DNA of 64,000 nucleotides from Phoronis australis (Eukaryota > Animalia > Phoronida), in the NCBI GenBank assembly GCA_002633005.1, contig NMRA01000764.1, positions 95,499 to 159,498 of the forward strand. The letters run 5' to 3'. The first letter of the stretch is position 1; each line of letters begins with the position of its first letter. A model generated the notes under the pieces. The model saw only the letters and a list, made by a program, of their open reading frames with translations, was not told where the DNA came from and ran no database searches. Positions 39,080-51,596 of the stretch are shown here, piece after piece. A program made the translations under genes and the position numbers.

Positions 39080-40395
39080 GTTTTATTTACCTATATATGT
39101 TCTAGATTTGTATGGTAATGTGCACTTGTTCAGAAGTTTTGGAGATGTTTAAAAACATGGATGATAAATCACTGCAATTTCCCTGTGTAGTTAAGTATGT
39201 CTACTGCCTTGTTTGCAGATCCAGCCTATATATTATAAGTTGTAAATTTAATTCTTTGCTCAGCGAAATTTCACTTATATAGGCAAAGACTGCAAAAAGC
39301 TAAGCCCAATTTTCAGTCACTTTACGTGAGGTATGTGATTACCACAACCTAGGAAATTGTTTACAATTATAAATTGGATCCCGAGAGATTCCAGGCAAGG
39401 TTGTCTTCTTTTCTGCCTAGCAACTAGCTTTTATAGGGCTCGATAATGTTCGTAATTTGTTTGATGTACTTGACTAGATTTCATATTGCTGTACAACTAT
39501 GTGCTGGTTGGTTGAATTAAACGTTTCATTCAAAAAAAGTCTTATGCCACCAGACAGACACATTTCATTTGTGACCAATCAGATCAGCACCAGATGCATT
39601 GTGGGAGGTGCTTAATACACGCAAGAATCCTTAGTCAACACAACTCAGATTTCTGTAATTTTAGTCAATTGACAGCTCCTTATTGGTCAACACAAGTCTC
39701 CACAGCTTGACCTGTCATGGCGCCTTGTTTTACTCTCCAATCATAGCCTCTATCAGTAGCACACTGTCAATTCTGTGCAAAATCACATCTCATCTGAATA
39801 AGAAATCGAGACCAATTTAATAGTAGTGTGTGGTCTAAATCAAGTTTTTCAATACAAGGGTAAATTGGCTCCTTCAATGCAACAAGGGTACATTGACTCC
39901 TTCAATGGAACAAGGGTACATTGACTCCTTCAATTCAACAAGGGTACATTGACTCCTTCAATGATCCACAGTTCAGAGAAGCTCAAGAACTCCAACTTAC
40001 ACATACAAATTTATTAGGGAATCAATGTAAGAGAAACTATTCCACACAATTTTGTCAAAGTTAAGTGAAAACACAACTTGGGCACATCAATGTAGCAGAC
40101 ATATTGTGACTGAAGCCACAACAAAGTTCCTTTATGTCCTATTATGCTACCTTATAAGTATGTTGTGTTTGGTCCCAAGTGTTGGTGGAAGATTTTTAGA
40201 ATGAACATGTGTCTGTGGTTGGAATTGGATAGGTCATACTCTTGTTCAATTTTAAGCACTCACTTAGAATTACTGTGACTATCAACCTGCCCAGTCACTG
40301 CTCATGAAATTAAATTTCTAAAGCCACCCAAATGATATTTGTGGATTATGATCACATTAGACTGCCCTTTTAGTTAATAGTACTGCCTATTGTCT

Positions 40396-40877
40396 TTCAA
40401 CACAACAGCACAAACTAAAGCTCTAAGGAATTGTATTAGCCAAACATGCACTGTAGACTGTCAGAAGTAGAAGTACTAGAGAATAGTGCTAAGTTTATTA
40501 CACCAAGTAATATCACACAAATACACTCTCTTTGCTCTTCCTGCCCAAGCTTCAATCAATGATGAAGTGAGAACTATAATTACAATTCTCAGTGCACATT
40601 CACACCACTGAACAATATGGAACACAGAGAAACTCCACCATCTGTATATCTGGTATTTCTATGGCAGGTGGAGTTATATTCCAGAGTAATAAATTACAAT
40701 GCACATCAAGTCTATTGAGCGTTACATTATCCAACCACCAGTAGATCATCTCTAAACTCATGCTCCGGCACGTCCAAGTTCAATGGGGCTGGACCTTTAC
40801 GTACTCTACCAGATGAGTCATAGTGAGAACCGTGGCAGGGACAGAAGTAGCCACCCACGAAGTCACCAGCATTGGCA
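40396..40877 (-). other. Tandem second copy of most of the UQCRFS1 last exon plus 3'UTR, probably an uncollapsed allele
   Basis: Near-identical to 40879-41377 and joined to it at a single N (40878). It has no splice acceptor, starts mid-exon, encodes the same peptide and differs by small UTR indels. Confidence 0.75.
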
Positions 40878-41227
40878 NCTTTCAACACAACAGCACAAAC
40901 TAAAGCTCCAAGGAATTGTATTAGCCAAACATGCACTGTAGACTGTCAGAAGTAGAAGTACTAGAGAATAGTGCTAAGTTTATTTCACAAAGTAATATCA
41001 CACAAATACACTTTATTCTCTTTGCCCTTCCTGCCCAAGCTTCAATCAATCCCAAGATTTTGATGAAATGAGAACTATAATTACAATTCTCAGTGCACAT
41101 TCACACCAATGAACAATATGGAACACAGAGAAACTACACCATCTGTATATTTGGTATTTCTATGGCAGGTGGAGTTATATTCCAGAGTAATAAATTACAA
41201 TGCACATCAAGTCTATCGAGTGTTACA

Positions 41228-44200
41228 TTATCCAACCACCAGAAGATCATCTCTAAACTCATGCTCCGGCACGTCCAAGTTCAATGGGGCTGGACCTTTA
41301 CGTACTCTACCAGATGAGTCATAGTGAGAACCGTGGCAGGGACAGAAGTAGCCACCCACGAAGTCACCAGCGTTGGCAATGGGCACACAGCCTGTAAGAG
41401 AGATTATCAATAAGTCATTGCAATGGGCACACAGCATGTAGAGGTCGGAGCTTATCAATAACTCATTGGGATGGGCACACAGCCTGTAAAGGAGATTATC
41501 AATAAGTCATTAGGATGAACACACAGCATGTAAAGGAGATTACCGTATTCGCCCTAATACGCGCCCAGGGCACTTAAAAATTTGTTTCAGGAGAGGGCCG
41601 ATATTATAGCCTAAGCCGGTGGAACCTAGAAAACTTCAAACTTGGCTAAGTTCGTAGCATCATGGCTGCTTGGATTCATATGGATTCATATGAAACTACG
41701 GATACTATGCTTTAAAATGCTAGAAACTGTTTTTAAATTTTTCCACTTTTTTCCTATTAAGAATAGGGTTTAATGATTTTTATGAACAGTTGCATAATGA
41801 AACATTGTAACAGTTCTTTTAAGATTTTATCTCAAAACATAAACATCAAAAATACAGGGTCACATTATTGATACCTTTCTTTTTCACTGAAGTTTACTAA
41901 AAAGACATGCTCATGTGACCCAATCTATAGCAGATTGGAAAAATCAAGAAATTCCTCTTTCAAGAAATGTATATTTCTTGAAAGAGGAATTTCTTGTCAG
42001 AGTAAAATTCAATGGTTTTGTGTGAATGACTTGTCCATAAATTCCAATATAATCTTAAAGCAGTAGGTTACCCGCATTAGCAAGGATTGATATTAATAGC
42101 AGACATAAATCTATATTTTGGTGAAGCAGTGAGAGACAAGGCGGGCATATTTATCATTTAGGTGAAGCAGTGCGAGTATAATCTGGAGGGCCACATTTCG
42201 TACCCATAACTAAAATTTCTTACCAAGATGTGTACAGACCACAAACACTACAATATTTTACCAAGATGTGTACAGACCCCCAACACTACAATATCTTACC
42301 AAGATGTGTACAGACCCCCAACACTACAATATCTTACCAAGATGTGTACAGACCCCCAACACTACAATATCTTACCAAGATGTGTACAGACCCCCAACAC
42401 TACAAGCCATTCGTCATTCTTCACACGCTCATCATCATGTTGTTGATGTCTCAAGTCACCCACGTTGACAGACTTAGCATCCTGGATCTCCTCAGGGGTA
42501 CGGTGGCGAATGAAGAGGGGCTTACCTCTCCACTTCATCACTACATTCTTACCTGTCAACACAAACTCACATTGACTAACAGAATCATAATCAAACAACA
42601 CCTAACTCTGTAATTCAAGAGAATATTTTTAAATTTGTTTTTTGGTCAATTTTAATCATTCTTTGGACAGTTTCAATTAAAATGATGCAAACAACCGTGC
42701 ATATAGCTATCGCTTGTAGTAAATGTGCTTATATCCTAACAGTTGTTACAGTCTCACCACAACAGTTGTTACAGTCTCACCACATTGTCCCCCACCACCT
42801 CAAGATGCTCTCAAGGCTGTGATTTTACGTTAATGACAATAGTTCCGGATATAGTAACTTTAAAAAGCTTTAAAATAACCGTAATCACATGATGCAACAT
42901 TACATTTCACTTTATTAACTAAAACTTATCATTAGGCAAGTACAAGTTAACATCATATGTTCCAAGAGGGAAGTTCCTTCGAGACATCACACAAGTAAAC
43001 AAAAGTTCAGATAGGGAAGTTCCTTCAAGACATCCCACCAACATTTCATCCAAATCAAAATTTGACCTTCTCACTGTGACAACATGGTCACCAAAACTGT
43101 TGATGCCTGGATATGCCAAAACAAAACTGTTGATGCCTGGATATGCCAAAACAAAACCAAACGCTTCCTTCTTGAGATATCACACCAACAACACTTTCTC
43201 ACAGTCAACTTACAAAAGACATCAACTGGTTGCCCAACCTACACCAGACTTAGCCAGTAACACACAGTTGTACTATGACCCCAGTCGCCTACCTTCAGGT
43301 ACCTCATTCAGTTTGATCTCTATCTGAGCCAGTGACATGACACAGTTGTGCTACAAGCCCAGTTGCCTACCTTCAGGTATCTCATTCAGTTTGATCTCTA
43401 CCTGAGCCAGTGACATTACATAGTTGTACTATGAGCCCAGTTGTCTAGCATCACACACTCGTGAGACAAGCCAGTAACATGACAGTTGTGCTATGAGCCC
43501 AGTCACCTACCTTCAGGTATTTCATTCAGTTTGATCTCTATCTGGGCCAGAGCCAGCACATCAGCAGCTGGGTTCATGGAGCCAAGGAACATTCTGACAG
43601 CATGCTTAGCACCATATAGTGTACCCATACATAGACCTGCAATAGAAAGAAAGTAGCAGTTGAAACTAGAGACCCTATTGAGTAAATGTAGTACTGAAGT
43701 TTGTTAACTTGAGGCAAAACTTAACATTTCCACGTTCATTCCGTGCCTGATTCTCCTCCAGGAATGCAAAATTCTGTAGGGCAAGTTTCTTAAGAATAAA
43801 AACAGATTAAACAAGACTCCGCTAATTAGCGGTGTATTTTTAAGGGAAGCACTAAGATTTGTTTCCCACTGGACAATTAGGCAACCAAGCACGTGCTAAT
43901 GATTGACAGGTCTTACTGAATACTTTGAACTTAGGCAACCAAACACATTCTAATGATTGACAGGTCTTCTTATTGAATACTTTCAACAGTGTAACATTTG
44001 ATATACATTGTATATTTCTTTTTGAGTTCGAAGCAAACACAGCTGTTGTTCAAAGCAACTGCTCAACAATCGGAAGATACTACTATTAGGCAATAGGGGT
44101 ACTCGGTCAGCTGCCAAAATAATGAAGCAAAAACACATCTTGTAAAAAGTCATTAGGCGAATTAAAAGTTAAAAAAACAAGTTTTTGTTGTTGTGGAACG

Positions 44201-47200
44201 TGGACAAAATGTTCGACTTGTACTAATTACAAGTTGATTTTTTGCGCTCTTGCCTTTGGTTGGACACTTCCATTTTGGTGTCAGAAGTGAAAGTCATTAA
44301 AAACATGCGTTTAACTAAGACGAATGAGACGAATCGTCGGGAAAATGGCGTGTGCTCAAAACGCTCGGAACTACGCTAGGACCTACCTAAAATCAAAACT
44401 TTGCCAGATTACGTGAGATACCTTCGTGTATTTAAATGAGAACACATCACTTTGGCTTGAACTATTCGAATGCAAGTGCCTCGGATCGCGTCCAGTCATG
44501 AGCTCATGCATAATCTAAACAACACCTTGGCGATTTGCGCCACGTCTTACCGACACTGATGACTAAACAAGTGAGTTATCATGAAGAAGTTCTAATCGTT
44601 CATATTTACTATAGTTTCCAAAAATTCACCGGCTGTGAGCTTATCTGGACCAACAAATTGGTTGTCTTGGCCAGTCGGACTACCATTAATGTGGAGCCCT
44701 GGTTGTATGCATGGTTCAAGAGCCATAAGAGAAATTATCAATGACCTTTCCCTTTGACCTTTGAAGGGCAGACTGAGAATCAAAACTTGAGTCCAACATT
44801 GACATAGAAAACAACTCTGGGAAAATGACACCTTCACAAACATGCTGTCTATTGCAGTGGGAATATTGTATCTTACTTACATTCATGCACACAAGATGAC
44901 CCTATTTTGCCCGAGTGTTTGACCAATTCCTTCCATGAGTTTATTACCACAGCATATCAAAATATACCCAAAAAGCAATATTTCTGCACTTACCAAATCC
45001 CTGAAGGTAGGTGAAGGCTTTCCGACTCTCTTCAGAATCCTTTGACGAAGTGCCTGAAGACTTAACACCATCTCTCCTGTATTTGGAGAAATCAGGAACT
45101 CTGATGTCTGTGTGAGCGTAGCGAACTTGGGACACTACAAGACAAATACAACTTAATATGTGACTAAAAAGTGCAACTATTTATACATAAAAATGACAGT
45201 TTTACAGTTGATCATTCATTCACAAACATAATAGTTTTACAGTCAATCGTTCATTTACAAATATACCGGTTTTAGAGCCAATTCATCCACAAATATAACA
45301 GTTTCACAGCTAATTAATTTTTGCATTTTGTTTCCTTAGAACTGTGCAGATGCCATAAAACAAGTGTTGGTAAATTTTCCATAAATTGTAGTAAAGTAAT
45401 GGAAATTACAACTTAGGCAATTATTTTTGGGCGAAATAACCGCTTTTGTGGTAATAATCACACACTGGGGTCACACATTTTAAGAACCAGTTTTCTTCAC
45501 TGAATAACAGGCATCATACTGGTTCTCAAAGTGCCAAACTCCTACTATAAATGACATGTAATGTGCATAACTACACATGTATACAACAAGGACTTTCATT
45601 GCCTGATCCAACATTTATGATTACCCCGAGACAAATTGCCAGCAGTTGACAACTCTTAACTGTAACAGCAGCAGTTGACAACTCTTAACTGTGACAGCAG
45701 CAGAACACAGCATTTGCATTTTCAGGGGGGAGTGCTTCTGACACGTCAGTACAGACTTCTTTTTCCCTGGACATTTGCAATGCTGCGTGAAAATACATTG
45801 CCAATGGGTGTTTTAATGATGTACAAAGACTTTTGTTTGCACTACACGCAATTTGCTCAAGTGTCTGGACCATCACTTTTATCATCAGTTTAAATTCATT
45901 AATAAATATAAGGTTTATGTTGTGTCAATGGCACATTAACTTCCCCTTAACTGTACTCTCTGCTATTAGATCCGAGTATACAGCACTGCATGTCACCGGT
46001 ACCACTGGGGTACACATGCAGCCAAAACACTAGCACGAACAATGCCTGTTCAGTCTGAATTTTTGGAAATGTGCCAGGAGATACGATGTCATTGCTCCTG
46101 GCGGGCGCAGTGTTAAAAATGACCAGTTGCCGATTTGGGCAACTGAACGAAGAACTGCTCGAAAAAAGTTTATAGGAGTATTTTTGAGCTAGAAGGAATT
46201 AAAGGCACCGGCGACCTCTTAAGGTGTCGCTCTATAGGTAAAGGTGGAGTAAACGGGTCCCTCTTCACAGTCTTCAGAGTGGCTACCGGGAAACAATTTT
46301 CACTAAATAACGCATATCGCCATTACCCAGCGTAAACTGGTTCCCAGCAGCCATTTTATAAATGTACCCATTAACTCCCCTTTCAGACATCTGTCAGTAT
46401 GCACAAAAGGTACTAATAGCAACCAGACTTTGTTGGTTTAACCTATGTGATGCATGATCCCTGGAAAGCTTCTAGCATAAGAAGGCCCTTTGGGCATCAC
46501 TGTCTCAGCTGGAAAGTAGAGACGGTAGCCGTGCCTATACTGCTAGTAGAGACGGTAGCCGTGCCTATACTGCTAGTAGAGACGGTAGCCGTGCCTATAC
46601 TGCTAGTAGAGACGGTAGCCGTGTCTATACTGCTAGTGGAGACGGTAGCCGTGTCTATACTGCTAGTTAAGATGGTGGCACTATCCACCCTACGACCCCT
46701 ATTGGATAACTTGCATGAAGACCTATTTGTAATCACATATGTCAACATGAAATGCACGACCATAATCAATGATATCTCATGAAGACAAATACTTGCGTAA
46801 CTTGTGTGAGTTTTCATCAAGTTCTAGCATCTTTTGCTTCATGTTAACTATTATTACTCACATTAGAGTTTTGACTTGTTTACAGTTATTTATAATCTTT
46901 CTGCATTATCTAAAAATCTCGCTACACGTGTGTAGAAAATTTCCGTGTCTCCAGTACTTTTACTGTGCTAATGTTTCTTTCATGTATCTACCAAAATCAA
47001 TTTAAAATAACCTTTTCACTTACATTACTTACTTACTTACTAACTTCCTTGCTTAAGTTACGATCAGAAGCTACGGACGCTGCGGCCTCTGGTCTCAACC
47101 TAGTTAACTGGAAAGATCTAGCCATTACCGCCCGGTATTACGAAACACATCCCCTACATGATGTAGTGATCTCTGGTTTCAGAACCAGACATTCATCGAG

Positions 47201-47520
47201 TAAAGGGCTTGTTATTCAATGGCTGAAACTGTCTCTCTGTATCAGGCCCCGCTACATCCTACCAATGACGTTTACGTTGGTGAAAACTTACTTCCGACGG
47301 CTGGCAACGCAAATCCTCCACTTGTCGCTCTTCCCCGCAACGTTTGTGTCATAAGATCGCTCATTTTCTGTGATGTTAGGACGTCAGGTTGTGGAACTAC
47401 ATGTTTTGGTGTTTTTACCGTGACTGCCGGCATCAGTTGCTGGGTATGTGAGGGAATGGCTTGTCTGGCAGCCGAAAGATAAGGCGAAAGCCCTCCACAA
47501 CGAGCGACTATGCACGCCAT
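41228..47520 (-). CDS. UQCRFS1: Cytochrome b-c1 complex Rieske iron-sulfur subunit, mitochondrial (5 exons, 278 aa)
   Basis: Exons 47520-47292, 45134-44994, 43636-43511, 42552-42376 and 41391-41228 total 837 nt, with all introns phase 1. Motifs: [51 protein letters not shown], and the 2Fe-2S ligand boxes CTHLGC and [16 protein letters not shown]. Confidence 0.97.
42219..42404 (-). repeat. 5 x 38-bp tandem repeat spanning the UQCRFS1 exon 4 donor
   Basis: Plus-strand unit CTTACCAAGATGTGTACAGACCCCCAACACTACAATAT. Confidence 0.95.
46516..46680. repeat. 30-bp minisatellite in UQCRFS1 intron 1
   Basis: GTAGAGACGGTAGCCGTGCCTATACTGCTA x ~5.5. Confidence 0.9.
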
Positions 47521-47825
47521 CTTGAAACCGTTTTACACTTAATGAAATTTCCATACGAGTGCGCTCATGGGTCTTACATAACTGAGTCTCAAGTAGGTAA
47601 TCCTAAGATAATTTGTTATTGTATACATATCCAATGTCCGAACAGATAGGGCCTACCGTAAAAGTGTATGTGTTGTAAAAGAAGTCAACTGGGCTTAAGT
47701 AAAAACAAGAAAACTTTTTTAAAATAGTATTACTCCGCGCTCATGTTGTCCGTCGCGACATCTATTGTGAACTCTCTAAACCGTACTGCTTGGAATCCCA
47801 ATCTCAAGTGAAGCGGAAGTGAGTG
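47510..47825 (-). promoter_or_regulatory. UQCRFS1 proximal promoter with YY1-like and ETS/GABP-like motifs
   Basis: CAAGATGGCG (YY1 consensus) overlaps the start codon, and GCGGAAGTG (ETS/GABP consensus) lies at 47813-47821. These are motif matches only. Confidence 0.4.
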
Positions 47826-50627
47826 TTGCGTGAATACATGAGGAAACTTGACAAGTTCACTCAAATAATAACGTTCATGTGAATAAAAATTTGCACTGCA
47901 CTGAACCAAATTATATGCTATTAAAATAACGTAAAATTCAACTAATCTTTTTTTCAGCTATTGGCGATCTTATTCACCAAACAATAATTGTTTTAATCAA
48001 TCACAAATTTCGATTCTTCGACACAAGTGATTATAAGGCCAATAAATACAAAAATTCTTTACATTGAACAAAAAAATTTCACCTGATAGCACAAATATAT
48101 GTTCATTTCCAAGGTCACGCATACGAGATCTTGAGATTAAGCAGGATTCCAATGCATAAGCCGGGCCAATAATTTGCGTTAAAAACCAACAGACGGCGGT
48201 ATGCTGGAAAAAACAACAAAGTAAGGTTTTTTGATAAAAAAATTGGCGATGCACTAATAAGACGCTAAAAACTACAACCATTGGACACGATTGAAGCTAA
48301 ACGACCGTGCGTATTGATATACTCGGTGGATTTACAAACTTGAACGCTAATCAGAGTTAACAATATCACTGTACATGAATTATTGTTTTAATATTCTTTC
48401 AATCTCCTTCAACCAAAGTTTTGACCTGTAAACAGTTCTATTTAACTTGTGCCCACTCTTCATTTTTCATGACTAAAAAACTAGAATAGTTATGTAGTCG
48501 GCACAACTGCATAGGCGGACTGGGGGGGGCAAAGGGCCCGCCCCCGCCCCCCACCTTTAATTAATCAAATTATGAAAAGCTGTAATTAAGTGGAAAATAT
48601 GTCTGGGATAATCAAAGAACCTTATTTTTGCCAAAAAATGACATGAAAATAGGTTGCCTTCGTCTTTAAGTACCCTAAACTTCGTTTTTCATCTACGGTT
48701 TGTAAACTTAAAACAAGTAATCTAGTTCCTAAGCTAATAATTAATTTATTGTCATTTGAATTGTGAGAACATTGATGAAAGGTTGAATTTTCCCATGTCG
48801 GCCTGCAGTTAAATGCATTGAAGTATTGTCATTTCTTACAAGATTAGCTTCTGATTGTCAAAAAATAATCTCTCAATCAGTTACATAAACAAGTAAATCA
48901 GAAACCAACAATCAAATCCATGAGCAATGTGTTAACCTTGATTTAATCCCCTGTTACTGACTTTAAACAACAAATCTTGTACCGAAGTCAATAACCAATG
49001 CATTTATTGTCATTTGAATTTTGAGTAACTTTTTTGGAAAGTGTCCAAATTTCATCGATGTTTTTGAGTTACTTTAGATAGGCAAAAAGCGTCCAAGTGC
49101 ACTTTACTATTTGGGGATCGGATTATAGTTTTTTTCCATATTCAGGTTTCAACTCAATTCCCTGAATCGTCATCATTTCTTAAAAGATTAGTTCTAATTG
49201 ACAAAAATCACCTATTAACCTGTCGGTTTTCGTAGATAAATAAACATGTATATCAGAAACCAACGAATTTGTTAATCAAAACGGAATGTTATAAGCAATT
49301 TCCCCATGCATGCTCGCAGACTTTTGACGGGTAACCGGGGGAATATGGGGATTGGGCATTCATAGTGAGGTGTATTTTTGCTCTTTCCGAGGTATCTATA
49401 ACGATTCATGAATTTAACTTGGCCTCAAAAAAAAAAACGCTGAAATATTTGTTTAATTTGTTTATTTGGGGTACACTCGTTCGACATGAACACGGTCACG
49501 GTAGCCTCGACAGCAGTGTTTTCCACATGTGGAAATTCCTTACAAACAACTCATAGTAACCATCTTCAAAAGAGATAATATTCTTGTGATAATATGGGAA
49601 ACAGTAGTATTATTTTATAATTAACCATCGGACTTCTGTAATTAACAAACAACGGTCTTCACGTTCTTTAAAATTCATGACTCCCTTACGATGGCGGTGA
49701 ATCCTATTGTATATTTTCAAATTTTTTGGTTGTTTGGGTCGAATGTCTTGATACAGCTGTGCTGTGATGTTTTGCGTTTTTTTTTTGATGAATTTCGAAT
49801 CACAACTTCCCTCGTGAATACTTGGCAATGTTGGATTTACATGTAAAGAGGGACGAAGGGACATTTCTCCGAACTGCTCCACCGAGAGAGGGTCCCGTCT
49901 GAAATGGGACACCTTAATAATGAAAAGCTGAACATCATTAAGCTTGGAAAGACTTCATTCCACCGTCTTGTGGTCAGACGACGTTGCAGGAAGTGGCCTT
50001 CTTCAACATGAAAGTTGGTTGCACGATTTCAAGAAAACAGGACAATAAACGTAATCGAATCCAACACTGGGTCCTCTCTCCGTGAGCTTACCCTTAAGAA
50101 TTTGTCAACAGAAATATAAAAACTGTGGTCACATGAATGTCATCAATGTCCTCTCTATGTGAAAATATCTGTATTTTCAAAAATCAAGAAAAGTGCTGCA
50201 ATTGAGGATATTTGTAAGGTCATCAATTTTTCTGAAGTGATATACAATTCGAGAAAAAAGGCGACAGTCGTCTCCGTTATCCTTTGCCAGAGAGGAGCCT
50301 CTGGAAATATATGGTTTTGCAGTCGCAAAATTGACTCACTGAATTTCAAGATCCAGTAAATTAATACGCTCCGCAAAAGCTTTGCTTTACAAATTTTCTC
50401 GATTTTTCGAAATGTGTATATGAATGATTGCGTGCACGTTTTCAAGATCACCTTACACCACACCCTGAGCCATTATTGATACTATGACTTGTAACGAGAC
50501 TTATTCATATTTATTCATGTCCAGAATGCGCGTTTCTGGCAACAGACAATCCGGGGAGAAACGCTCATTGGTAGACCAACTCTGTGTGATGTACGCTCGC
50601 CTTTATGGTCAAATATGAACAGACCTA

Positions 50628-51035
50628 TTGCATGGTACATCTCCTGTATAACCAGCCAAACACACTCACTGCACAATGTACACCTGAACAACCAGCCAAA
50701 CACACCCAGTGCAAGGTGTACCCCCTGTATAACCAGCCAAACACACCTGCTGCATGGTGTACCCCTTGTATAACCACCCCAACACACCCACTCCATGGTG
50801 TATCCCCTGTACAACCAACCAAACACACCCAGTACATGGTGACCCCCCTGTATAACCAGCCAAACACACCCAGTGCATGGTGTACCCCCTGTATAACCAG
50901 CTAAACACACCTAGTGCATAGTGTACCCCCTGTCCAATCAACCAAACACACTCACTGCACGGTGTACACCTGTACAACCAACCAAACACACCCAGTACAT
51001 GGTGTACCCCCTGTATAACCAGCCAAACACACACA
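50628..51035. repeat. ~40-bp minisatellite just downstream of the CYC1 3' end
   Basis: TGCATGGTGTACCCCCTGTATAACCAGCCAAACACACCCAG-like unit x ~10, diverged. Confidence 0.85.
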
Positions 51036-51596
51036 CTGGTCCACCCATTCTGCTTCAAGAATTGAAACAAGTGGGCATCAAAACCTCTTTATTAAATACA
51101 ACACTTACCTACTGCAGTTGAACCAGACAGTGCAGCATAATAAATATCTCTGCTCATCAATCCAATTCACACAAGAACACTTTATGTCCAATTTACTGTT
51201 TTTAAAAGAAAAACGTGCTTCAAGCATAATTTTCCAATGACCCTTCTGCCTTAACTGGGTTAGATATAGGGTATCATAATTAAGACTGAAATCTTAGTTA
51301 CCAATTTAAGTTTCTTAGACATTAGCCCGGATGAATTCATCATTAAATAAACCACACAGAATGGTGAAGACAGTTCAAAATGAAATATCAGTTGTGAGGA
51401 CAGAGAAGTTGTTAACCTACTACAGCAACACAATGCTCAAAACAAATTCCACCATTTTAAAAAATCTTTAAGAGAATGCATGTACATGATAAATAACGAC
51501 TCCTTCAAGAACACTAAAGCCAGAGTACGCCAGCATCATGATGGAGTATGTTCGTACTGTCATTTGTTCCTGGACACTGACTAAAGAAGGTGGACG

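Noticed and set aside
40727-40936. 69-aa ORF as a second Rieske gene
   Set aside because: Its N-terminus is 3'UTR sequence read across an N. It has no acceptor and lacks the CTHLGC box.
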